From: Paraphysomonas bandaiensis
Lineage: Eukaryota > Protista > Chrysophyceae
DNA: 64,000 bases
Assembly (NCBI GenBank): GCA_965644295.1
Contig: CBFFRP010000024.1
Span: 1 to 64,000 of the forward strand
Direction of reading: 5' to 3'
Made by a program: the position numbers and the translations under genes. How positions within the stretch are numbered: the first letter of the stretch is position 1; the number at the start of each line of letters is the position of its first letter. The notes under the pieces were generated by a model. It saw nothing but the letters and a program-made list of their open reading frames with translations. It did no database searches and was not told where the DNA came from. Below, one piece after another: positions 52,032 through 62,315 of this stretch.

Positions 52032-52685
52032 CTACGGATGAAAACTTGCTTTATTAAATTCAGTGGCTCCAAGCGACATAGCCAAGGCCCGAACACCACT
52101 GATGTTAACGTCGGGCCGTTCCACAGCAGTACATTCCACTTCTAATCCAGCTTCCACACATGCAATCACAAAAGAACAAACATCGCCAAACTTGGCATCG
52201 GTAGTAGGCTTCATAATTTCCTGATGCTGCTTTGGGTTGTCACTGTTAAGGCTAATGCACATTTTATCGATCCCTGAATCACGCAGTCTTAATGCAAGAT
52301 CGGATGCATCAGAACTAGACACGAGACCATTGGTTTTTATCCGCAATGGAACACCATGTCGTTTATCTTTAATCATGGTAGCAGCATCACATATAACTTC
52401 AGCTCTAAGAAGTGGTTCTCCATATCCCGCAAAGGTTACTTGTTCCGAATCCATGGAGCTGACCGCAATTTTACCAGCCTCGAAAGCTTGATCAACAGCA
52501 TCAAAAATCATATCACTGGTGGGTTCAAAATCCGTGTCATTTTCATAACTCAGTTTACAAAATCCTGATTCTGAAGGCATAGTAAACGACGGTCCACGTA
52601 ACACCACAGGTGACAGAGAGTTCACTCTGTTGGTCACTGACACATAGAGATTGCCTCGTAACCAGTAGGTAAGTCCACGTATCAT
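52032..52685 (-). CDS. TatD-associated radical-SAM-like protein lacking the CxxxCxxC motif; intronless
   Basis: LTYWLRGNLYVSVTNR, VTFAGYGEPLLR, LRIKTNGL, ISLNSDNPKQHQEIMKP and VECTAVE match the TatD-associated radical SAM pattern as recalled. Confidence 0.8.
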   Translation of the reverse strand: MIRGLTYWLRGNLYVSVTNRVNSLSPVVLRGPSFTMPSESGFCKLSYENDTDFEPTSDMIFDAVDQAFEAGKIAVSSMDSEQVTFAGYGEPLLRAEVICDAATMIKDKRHGVPLRIKTNGLVSSSDASDLALRLRDSGIDKMCISLNSDNPKQHQEIMKPTTDAKFGDVCSFVIACVEAGLEVECTAVERPDVNISGVRALAMSLGATEFNKASFHP

Positions 52686-52956
52686 CAATCTTTATCGTGG
52701 CATAATATACGTCTACTCTCCAATTGGAATAATAGTTCCGAGCTGAGAGCTGTCAGAATCATACATGACTGTGTGTTGAGCTCTGTACAATGCGATATGG
52801 CGATATATATACGTATCACTGTGCTGTATGCTACTGTATACTGCATACTCCTGCAGGATTTTTTTTGGTTTGCGACACCACTCAGTAGTTCTTATTGTAG
52901 TTTATTGTATTATCGTGTATACCATTTACTACTCGATCCTGTAAAGATACACGCAT

Positions 52957-53243
52957 CGTAGAGGAATGAGAGGATGTTCTTTTCAGTTTAGTACTTGAAG
53001 TGACTGTATAAGATATGCATAGGGCACATAGAGGTGTATGGTGTTATGTTATGCAGTGTGTAGTGTACGGCTGTAGAATAGAGGCATAATTTCCTCTTAC
53101 TGAGAAGTTCTGTAGTAACGATAAAGAGAACCTTGCTTTGACTACCTGTAGTGTAGACTGTGTGAAAGCAACGGGGGTATTCCGTCCGTTTATTGATTTG
53201 TAACATCCGTAACATTCGACCGAGTACCGTATTTTTCTCTGCG
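52957..53243 (+). repeat. 5' LTR (CGTAGAG...CTCTGCG)
   Basis: Identical by eye to 57655-57941. Confidence 0.96.
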
Positions 53244-53258
53244 TAAGAGGAAATTATG
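53243..53258 (+). promoter_or_regulatory. Putative self-priming primer-binding site, complementary to LTR positions 53085-53100
   Basis: GTAAGAGGAAATTATG is the exact reverse complement of CATAATTTCCTCTTAC. No TGG-type tRNA PBS is present. Confidence 0.7.
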
Positions 53259-56200
53259 AAGAAGACAACGAACGACAAGCCAACAAGATTTGCAAGATTC
53301 GGCAAGAAACCGAGCACCGATAGACCAGAACATGTACCGACTTTAAGATATGGTGCCAACTCAAACTTCGCCACATTCAAACAGAGGCTTGTAGTGGTGG
53401 GCATGCAAAAGTACGGTGATCTTGCACGCCTAGTAGAGCTGGACAAATATTATGAGCCCGATGCGATAAACCCAGAGGATTTTGATTTGGAAGACGACCC
53501 CTATGGAGTTAACCTCGACCTGATGAAGGACAAGACCAAGACCAGAGGGAGATTAATAGACAAGATGCGGAACGATAGATCGGCATTCTACTCATTCATG
53601 GTAGACCATCTGAGCCACGAATCAATGGATGCAGTCAAGCTATTAGATGAATACGAGCTCATGAACAGGACTAAGGATCCTCTACTACTATGGCTGGCTA
53701 TCAAACAAACCCACAAAGTATCCACTAACTCCAGCGTAAGTACAGTGGTACGAGCAGAAGCGAGGAAAAGGTACAAAGACGCTAAACAGGGAGCATATGA
53801 GAGTATAGTTACTTATAAGGAGAGGTTTGATCATCTATTAGAAGCCTACAAAGACATGAACAACGCGGAAATGAATGAAGAGGACATCGCGATGGATTTC
53901 TTCGAAGGGCTGGACGACACGAGATATGGCGAGTTCAAAACTAGCTATCTCAACGATCTAACAATGGGAACGCAAACAGCACCTACACACGTAAATGAAA
54001 TATATACTAAAGCATCAAAATATCTAACGCCGAAGAGAGCAACGAGAGCAGGCGGCGGATCTGCATTCGTGAGCAAATCGAAGTCTGAGAAAGGCAAGAA
54101 ATCAGCAGATAGCGATGATACACCAGAGCAGCAACAAGGGAACGACACGAAGTCGCACAACAGCAAACGTGGTCAGAAAAAAAGGCAGCTCATATGTTGG
54201 GGCTGCGGTGAGCCAGGCCACAGAATGAACGAATGTCCCGACAGCAGTCAAGAATCAGAAAACAAGCACTGCACGACAACAATGTTGAACGCCTTCACGT
54301 CAGGAAGCGAGCCATTCCAATGGTACGAAGTATTACTCGACAATCAGGCGGATGTCTCGGTAGTACACCCAAGACTACTGAACAATGAAAGACCGGCGTC
54401 CAGAGGATGCACCGTGGCGGGATTATCGGGACACGCACTGGAACTACCGAATGTAGGCGAGCTAGACCAATTCTTCACCTGTAAGACAGCAGATGAGCTA
54501 AGGGCAAGCGTACTATGTCAGGCGGACGTAGAAGACATATATGAAGTGACATATAGGCAGGGAGAGTCTTTCACTGTGCACTTACCTGACAGTGATTTGA
54601 CTTTCTATCGAAAGAACAAGATGTATGTGGCCGACATGCGCGACTGGGCGACGGCCAAAGTCAACGTAACGACTGTAGCGGAGCGCGAAGCCCAATATTC
54701 GAAAGTAGAAGTCGCGAGAGCGCGAGAAGCACGAGACCTGATCCGAAACTCGGGCTTCGACTCGGAGAGAGATGCTGTGCAGCTAGTGAGCGACGGAAAC
54801 GTTACAGGGGTGCGACTTACCCCGAGTGATATCAGAAGAGCTTTTGACATATATGGGAGACCGTTCGAAGCGGTGAGAGGCAAGCAGACGAATAAGAAAG
54901 TCAGCCGGCAATACGCGGATCCGGAACTGAAGGCAGAACAGCAGAAGGAGCAAAGGCTGTACACAGACATCTTCAGTGTGAGACAGCAATCGTTCATGCT
55001 CACACTAGCGGAACCATTGGGACTAACCATCGTTACTTCACTCGAAAACGAAACAACGGATCAGTTGGGATTGGCCTTACAGGAACAAGTAAACCTGTTA
55101 AGAAGCTACGGATATATACCGACAGTTACCTACCTGGACCCTCAGCCGGGATTCAAGGCCCTGAGAGGCAAAATCTCAGGGATGGAGATTGACGTGGCAG
55201 GGGCTGGAGATCACCTGGACAAGATCGACGCGAAGATTAGGCGACTCAAAGAGACAATACGCAGTGTACATTCAGGGCTACCATGGAACCTACCAGATGC
55301 CAACGTCAGAGACCTGGTGAGATACGCCAACAGCCGCATGAACTTGAGGAGGCCATCCACCAATGGCACAACTGTAGCACCGCGAGTGGCATTGACTGGT
55401 CGGAAACCCAATTATAAAAAGGAACTGTCACTGGCTTTTGGGGACTACGTAGAATGTTATGACCCGAAGGTCAAGAGCAATAACGCGGAGCAGGCCAGAA
55501 CAGAACCATGTATCGCGCTGTATCCATCCGGCAACGCAAACGGGAGTTGGATATTTTTAAACCTTAAAACAAATAAATATGTGAGTAGGACCAACTGGGT
55601 GAAGATGGTGACCACGCAAATAGTAATAGACGCCGTGAACAGAATATCGTCATTGCACAACAAGTCACACTCACCTGTCACGACCAGCGAGAATGAGAGT
55701 CGAGAGATCGAGGATACCACGCCACCAGCTGAGAATGACGAGATCGATAAGCCGAAGGAGCCTCACGAGGAGGGGCAGATGACAGCCATTGACACAGACG
55801 AAGGGCACGGCCACACAGAAGAGAGAGAGAGAACAAAAATCACGGAACTAGTCGACGATGATGGCGACAGGGCTGATGGGCCGAGCGAACAGGAACCGGG
55901 CGCTGCAACACCCAACGACATCGACGATCCGGAAATTACAGGGGTGGAAACTACAGGGATGACACACAATACAAGCGAAGTACTATCATCACCATCAGCC
56001 GGAGCAAGGATAGCGGCAGGCACAAGAAGAAAGCCCGTAATGTATCGAGCCTATCACACAAGCGTAACCAAAGGTTTAAAGGAACACGGCAAAGAAGCCT
56101 ACCTGGCGATAGTACGGGAGCTGAAGCAGCTGCTGCATGAAAAAAAGGCGATAGTTCCAGTACACCGGAGTGACCTGTCAAAGACTCAACTCAAACGAAC

Positions 56201-57638
56201 AATTCGATCGCTGATGTTTTTGAAGACGAAATACGACGGACTCGGAAGGTTCGAGAAAATCAAGGCGAGGCTGGTTGCGAACGGGGCACAGCAGGATCGG
56301 AAACTGTACCCAGACACGTCGTCACCCACTGTGGACATACAGTCAGTATTTGCATGCCTAGCAATAGCAGCGAGAGAGGGGAGACATGTATCGACAATTG
56401 ATATAGGTGGTGCATACCTCAATGCGGAGATGTCAGGCGAAGAGGTAATAATGGAATTGGAGCCGATGTTGGCCACAATACTCAGAAAACTAGACCCCAC
56501 AATCCAGCCGTATGTTGATGAAAGAGGCAAAATATTGGTGCGCCTAGACAAAGCGTTATATGGATGCGTGCAGAGCGCCAAGCTCTGGTACAACACGATA
56601 AGAGCTTACCTGGAGAGCATTGGTTTCGTGGCTAACCCGGTGGATCAGTGTGTTCTCAATAGGACTGTCAACGGCAAGCAGTGCACTATAACACTACACG
56701 TGGACGATCTGCTAGTGCTATCACAAGACAAGCGTGACACCGAGTGGTTGGTGGAACAACTAAAGAAACAATATGGTGAGGTAAAATACTGTGATGAGAA
56801 AGACATGTCGTATTTAGGTATGCATGTGAGCATGATAGATGACAGGGCAGTGGTGTCAATGAGGGCTTACCTAGACGGAGTGCTGGAGGAGGCAGCGGTC
56901 ACTGGCAGAGCAGCATCTCCAGCGACATCATCACTGTTCGCAGAGGGCGCAGGACAGAAATTGGGGAGGAAGGAGGCTGCCAATTTCCATTCAGTGGTGG
57001 CCAAATTGCTATATCTGTCAATAAGAGTTAGACCAGACATCCTGCTCAGTATAGCGTACCTCACAACAAGAGTGAAGGGTCCGACAATCGGAGATCAGCA
57101 GAAGTTGAATCGAGTGCTGAAATACCTTGCGCACACAAGGGATCAAGATCTGCAGCTGAAGATTGGAGAACAGCTGCGGGTAAGAAGCTTCATCGACGCT
57201 TCGTTCGCCACCCACGAAGACGGAAAAGGGCATACAGGCGTAGTTGTACAGCTTGGAGGGGCCACAGTACTATGCCGATCAACTAAGCAGCGAATCGTGA
57301 CGAAGGACTCGACCGAATCCGAGCTGGTCGGCCTATCTGATATGATGTCTAATGCAATGAGATTACATGAGTTTGTGTGTGGGCAGGGCTATGCGCTTGA
57401 CCCACCTGTTATTTATCAGGACAACTTGTCGAATCTCAGTCTCGTAACGAAAGGAGGAGGCAAATACCGATCGAAATATCTACGAGTAAGGCAGGCTTTA
57501 GTCGAAGAACACCATGATAGGGGAGACGTGAAGCTTCAGTACTTACCTACAGGAGAGATGTTGGCTGATGTGCTGACTAAACCCCTACAAGGAAAATTGT
57601 TTCGTCATTTGATATGTCTGATCGTTGGGAACGAGTAG
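53256..57638 (+). CDS. Copia Gag-Pol polyprotein (1460 aa): Gag with CCHC knuckle, protease, integrase, reverse transcriptase, RNase H
   Basis: CWGCGEPGHRMNEC; LLDNQADVSV; integrase LYTDIF...YLDPQ...KIDAKIRRLKE; RT KARLVANG, DIGGAYLNA, LDKALYGCVQSAKLWY, LHVDDLL; RNase H FIDASFATH, STESELVG, IYQDN, MLADVLTKPL. Confidence 0.97.
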   Translation: MKKTTNDKPTRFARFGKKPSTDRPEHVPTLRYGANSNFATFKQRLVVVGMQKYGDLARLVELDKYYEPDAINPEDFDLEDDPYGVNLDLMKDKTKTRGRLIDKMRNDRSAFYSFMVDHLSHESMDAVKLLDEYELMNRTKDPLLLWLAIKQTHKVSTNSSVSTVVRAEARKRYKDAKQGAYESIVTYKERFDHLLEAYKDMNNAEMNEEDIAMDFFEGLDDTRYGEFKTSYLNDLTMGTQTAPTHVNEIYTKASKYLTPKRATRAGGGSAFVSKSKSEKGKKSADSDDTPEQQQGNDTKSHNSKRGQKKRQLICWGCGEPGHRMNECPDSSQESENKHCTTTMLNAFTSGSEPFQWYEVLLDNQADVSVVHPRLLNNERPASRGCTVAGLSGHALELPNVGELDQFFTCKTADELRASVLCQADVEDIYEVTYRQGESFTVHLPDSDLTFYRKNKMYVADMRDWATAKVNVTTVAEREAQYSKVEVARAREARDLIRNSGFDSERDAVQLVSDGNVTGVRLTPSDIRRAFDIYGRPFEAVRGKQTNKKVSRQYADPELKAEQQKEQRLYTDIFSVRQQSFMLTLAEPLGLTIVTSLENETTDQLGLALQEQVNLLRSYGYIPTVTYLDPQPGFKALRGKISGMEIDVAGAGDHLDKIDAKIRRLKETIRSVHSGLPWNLPDANVRDLVRYANSRMNLRRPSTNGTTVAPRVALTGRKPNYKKELSLAFGDYVECYDPKVKSNNAEQARTEPCIALYPSGNANGSWIFLNLKTNKYVSRTNWVKMVTTQIVIDAVNRISSLHNKSHSPVTTSENESREIEDTTPPAENDEIDKPKEPHEEGQMTAIDTDEGHGHTEERERTKITELVDDDGDRADGPSEQEPGAATPNDIDDPEITGVETTGMTHNTSEVLSSPSAGARIAAGTRRKPVMYRAYHTSVTKGLKEHGKEAYLAIVRELKQLLHEKKAIVPVHRSDLSKTQLKRTIRSLMFLKTKYDGLGRFEKIKARLVANGAQQDRKLYPDTSSPTVDIQSVFACLAIAAREGRHVSTIDIGGAYLNAEMSGEEVIMELEPMLATILRKLDPTIQPYVDERGKILVRLDKALYGCVQSAKLWYNTIRAYLESIGFVANPVDQCVLNRTVNGKQCTITLHVDDLLVLSQDKRDTEWLVEQLKKQYGEVKYCDEKDMSYLGMHVSMIDDRAVVSMRAYLDGVLEEAAVTGRAASPATSSLFAEGAGQKLGRKEAANFHSVVAKLLYLSIRVRPDILLSIAYLTTRVKGPTIGDQQKLNRVLKYLAHTRDQDLQLKIGEQLRVRSFIDASFATHEDGKGHTGVVVQLGGATVLCRSTKQRIVTKDSTESELVGLSDMMSNAMRLHEFVCGQGYALDPPVIYQDNLSNLSLVTKGGGKYRSKYLRVRQALVEEHHDRGDVKLQYLPTGEMLADVLTKPLQGKLFRHLICLIVGNE

Positions 57639-57654
57639 ACACATCACAGGGGTG

Positions 57655-57941
57655 CGTAGAGGAATGAGAGGATGTTCTTTTCAGTTTAGTACTTGAAGTG
57701 ACTGTATAAGATATGCATAGGGCACATAGAGGTGTATGGTGTTATGTTATGCAGTGTGTAGTGTACGGCTGTAGAATAGAGGCATAATTTCCTCTTACTG
57801 AGAAGTTCTGTAGTAACGATAAAGAGAACCTTGCTTTGACTACCTGTAGTGTAGACTGTGTGAAAGCAACGGGGGTATTCCGTCCGTTTATTGATTTGTA
57901 ACATCCGTAACATTCGACCGAGTACCGTATTTTTCTCTGCG
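57655..57941 (+). repeat. 3' LTR, preceded by a short purine tract ACAGGGG(TG)
   Basis: Identical by eye to the 5' LTR; followed by the TSD CGCAT. Confidence 0.96.
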
Positions 57942-58888
57942 CGCATAGTGGTACTTAACTCACACATATGATGCAAGGTATGTGTATATTAAAGTGTTGA
58001 CCTCATTAATGTATTCATATTCTATATCGACAAGATAGCAGTACTGTTTTTCAAGTTGACTGTATGCTACATATACATATGAGTGTATCGAGGACTAATC
58101 TATTCGTATATATATCTGATCACACCACATGCAATCGATAGCATCAATAGAGGAATCAATAGAGGAGTCTTTAGAATTACCCCGCTCCATAAAACATTCG
58201 AAATCCTGTATGTCAAGAATGGAATCGAAAAGATGCATACTCCATACATAACACAACTGAAGCTTTTGTTTTACTCTCAGACATCTAGTTGTGGTAAACT
58301 TAGAAATGATTTCACCACATATATCACAATTTCTATATATTTTCAATACAACATAGTCTTAATAATCACCAAATTCTATAACTGAACTCGCTCATAAGTG
58401 ATGTTGTTTCAATCTCAGTGAAAAGAACTCATAGTAAAGTAGGCAAACTTGTGTCGTAGTTATAAAGGAATAAAAGTCTTTTACAAAGACATGCATCATT
58501 GTGATCATTTAGGGGTTGAGCTGCGAGCATATGATAACCAAAGAATGACTGAATAACAGATGTCCACCAGCTAGTGTACGAAGCAATGTAATATAAATTG
58601 CTTGGATCAATAATAACATTTTTTTCTTAACAAGTATTAAGCATGGTATACCACAAAGCAAGTTTAAGGATACATAGTAAGAGGATACAATGCATTCATT
58701 TCCACCATAATCGGAGGGGGTAGCGAAGTATTTAGTGTACTATGCGCTTCCATCTTTTAATTACGGCGGCAACAATAAGTACAACTACACGAATACTCAA
58801 CTAATTCCGCCCATTATAATGTAGCAAACAAGTACTATAGCACACCCTAATTACGCAGTTACCTATTCATACAAATTTATAAAATAGA

Positions 58889-61349
58889 TCAAGACAAGCA
58901 CTTATAAGACATCCGCATTCTCGTCGTGCACTGCAGCTTCGCACTGGCAGAATTTTGCGGATTTACAATATCCAACAAGTCCCGCCTTATACCGTCAAAT
59001 TCATTTGAAACATTAGCTCCAAACCCTGATAAACTATACGAGCACTTTTTGCATGCTCCTCGAGTCCCATTCCATCCTAGAAACTTAGATATTAACTGGG
59101 AGTTGTAGTGGCACCCAAAGTGCCACGGTCCTTGAGATAAATGTCTTGATGATAGAAATAGAGGCTTCAATAATTCAGAAAACCGAAATACCTAGCACAA
59201 CATTTCATACTCCGGAATTCAAGTACAAGAATCATACCTCAAAATATATTATGCCATCAAGCCGCTTAATAGAAGAGTGTTCGATCGAGTTTGGAGCTGA
59301 AGGAGTGGCACTGATGACAGAATTACCCCCAGCGGGTAGATCAAACAAGTCCAGTCCATTTCCTTCCCCACTGTTTGATTCAGTAAAGTCGTCATCGCCA
59401 TTATTCACCTTGCTCTGAGAATCATTCGACATATGTTGTGCTCTATTCGTAATAGCGCGGTCCACCTATACAGCACCCTTACTCTGGAAAAAGGCAACAT
59501 AAGCTAACCGCACCTCACAGAGTGTTAGGCGTAACTTCATCAAAATTTCTGAGCGGTTAGGGGGTCGTCGTGGTCGAAATAGTAACGTATACAGCCCATA
59601 TATCCCCCCTCCTGCCCGAAGTATATATAAGTGCGTGTAATCGAGGTTATATTGAATCATACCCATTATCGCAATTCCAGGAATAGCTGCGGTGACAGCC
59701 ATTGTCAATTCATTCGACCTCAGCACCTAAAAGAAATATGTTAAAAGGTATCTTCCATTACAGCAAATTGCTGTATTCTCATCACCTTGTCCATTGTTAG
59801 CATTGCAGCCTCCATGTGAACTTTTAACTTCTGCATCTGACAAACAGAAACACATATTAGGACTGTCAGTATACATTGAAAGTAAAGTACACCTGAATAA
59901 GCATGGCAGATATTAAATTCCCAAATAGCAAGCTTCTCACGGGGTTAGACAACTCCTGATGACAAATATTATAAAACTGTTACATGGGGAGCTGGTAAAA
60001 ACAAACCGCTTCATAGCTTTTCATTAGGTTTTCCATAGCAGCATCATCAAACCCCATATCTGGACGATAAAGTTGTCCCGGAGTTCCTAATTATATAGCA
60101 CTCAATACTGCACCACAGAATACGAAACTGAAATCTCACCAAGAACACGGGATGAATAATCATATAGCATTCGCTTGAGAGTCTCCCGACTCTGGTTTAG
60201 ATCTTCAACAGTCACAATTTCGTCTCGCCTATATGCAGTATACATCTAACCATAACGTTTGATATGCAGAACACACAAACCTGCGAAGGGTATCGACAAG
60301 CTCATTCACTAAAGCAGCTACAGACAATAATACGATGATTTCATAAACGGAACACAAATTTAACAAGAATCCCACCAACCTATCGGATCCATTACATGTT
60401 CTTTAACATTCGATTGTACTATAAGGACAACTTTATCAATAAACCGACTCATGTTGCCATTCAAAGTGTGGCGGATTCCGTTCACAGCGACGTATGCAGA
60501 AAATGCTCCTATCACCGCATATCTCATCCAATAACGCTGAAAATGGGTCGGACGACGAACAAAGTTGGCCATCACAGTGGCTGGCCATTCAGACTACAAC
60601 AAGTCATATATTACATTATACAAGAGCTATAAAAGAATCACCTCTGCTTCACAGACCGTGCGCCTCGCCTGATCACATTTCTCCGCCAAGTCGGCACACG
60701 GCGACAATATCTCATGATGTCTCTTGACTGATGATGAACCATCCTCAAGGTTCAGGTACGGCTCATCTAAAGCTCCCAATCCTGCGATAAGCGTGTCCAG
60801 ACAATGTGCAATATGCTCTTGACTTGATGAGTAAAACCTCAGTTTTGCATCATGTGACATTTTACTACCAGACGTAATTTCTTCAGACGATTGCGCAAAT
60901 GATCGACTGGGAGATTTGCTAGTAGCAATAGCATAGTCAGTTGATATCTTTCGTAGTTCTGCCCCACAATGATGCAAGGAGCCTAACAATGCTGCAAAAC
61001 TATTGAATGTAGAATATAATATTGATAATCTCAAGTCAACAGTCCCATCATCACTTGGAACTGCTTTTTCAAAAAGACAACGTCGAAGCATAGAAAGAAA
61101 ATGTAGTGGTCCTTGATAAAGAAAATTGATACATACACTTTCAAATGGTGTGGCTTCAGCAACAGCTCTCCAATATTCAATTTCATGAAATATAACAAGC
61201 ATTTCACGATTAATTAAATCAACACTTCTTTGTAAAAGTTCAAATGTTGTACTACATATATATGCTAGATTAGTATCTTGTCGAAGTTTAAATACAATTT
61301 CTTTGGCCATAAAGATATCAATACCAGCAACTGGTATAGTTAAACTCAT
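58889..61349 (-). CDS. NCA2: NCA2 (nuclear control of ATPase 2)/DGS1-family membrane protein, multi-exon
   Basis: RRPTHFQRYW, ELSNPVRSLLFGNLISAMLIQ, QKLKVHMEAAMLTMDK, LRSNELTMAVTAAIPG and the C-terminal IRRDLLDI...KLQCTTRM match the NCA2 family pattern. Confidence 0.88.
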
Positions 61350-61860
61350 CTTTACTATATGAATATATATGTGTATATGTGTATAATGAGATCTATATAA
61401 TTATGAATATGATGCGTGTCTATCTACTGAACTCATCATTGTTCTTTCTAGGTATGTCTGTGTGTATGTATGTATATCCATATTGGACACTTCATAACAT
61501 TATTGTAAACGAAGTGATTTGTTGGACTTCAGAATCAGATTTTTTCTTCACTTCATATACTGCTGTACGTGTATGTACTCTGTATGTGTACCATATATAG
61601 GAGACAATATACTGGACTTTTTATATGGATATCTGATACACTGGTGTATGTGTTGCATAATATTATGAGTGAGAGTGGTGCAGGACCTGCTGTATTCTGC
61701 TGTATTTTGTATCATAAAGAATTCTACGTACAGTATATTCTTCTCATTTCATATCGACAGAAAACCCCTAATTTATGAATAAATACTTGATTTCGTTCTT
61801 GTGGTGAAGAAATAGCAGTAGTTTTTGTGCGAATGGACAGTTATGTGGACGGAACTGTTG

Positions 61861-62315
61861 CAGGAATGATACTCGAGAAGTAACAGTGTTGTCTGCAGGA
61901 GTGATACTCGAGAAGTAACAGTGTTGTCTGCAGGAGTGATACTCGAGAAGTAACAGTGTTGTCTGCAGGAGTGATACTCGAGAAGTAACAGTGTTGTCTG
62001 CAGGAGTGATACTCGAGAAGTAACAGTGTTGTCTGCAGGAGTGATACTCGAGAAGTAACAGTGTTGTCTGCAGGAGTGATACTCGAGAAGTAACAATGTT
62101 GTCTGCAGGAGTGATACTCGAGAAGTAACAGTGTTGTCTGCAGGAGTGATACTCGAGAAGTAACAGTGTTGTCTGCAGGAGTGATACTCGAGAAGTAACA
62201 GTGTTGTCTGCAGGAGTGATACTCGAGAAGTAACAGTGTTGTCTGCAGGAGTGATACTCGAGAAGTAACAATGTTGTCTGCAGGAGTGATACTCGAGAAG
62301 TAACAATGTTGTCTG
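61861..62315. repeat. Near-perfect minisatellite, 35-bp unit CAGGAGTGATACTCGAGAAGTAACAGTGTTGTCTG x 13
   Basis: 455 bp equals 13 x 35. Only a few G/A variants. No spacers. Confidence 0.96.

Larger units (their letters stand above)
52957..57941 (+). mobile_element. Full-length Ty1/Copia LTR retrotransposon (stramenopile CoDi-like) with identical 287-bp LTRs and a 5-bp TSD CGCAT
   Basis: LTRs at 52957-53243 and 57655-57941. CGCAT at 52952-52956 and 57942-57946. Single gag-pol ORF in the order PR-IN-RT-RH. Confidence 0.97.

Noticed and set aside
52988-53446. Antisense ORFs over the LTRs (also 57686-57976)
   Set aside because: They are duplicated only because the LTRs are, and have no protein features.
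61861-62315. CRISPR-like array (35-bp repeats)
   Set aside because: The repeats are head-to-tail with no spacers, there are no cas genes, and the context is eukaryotic.
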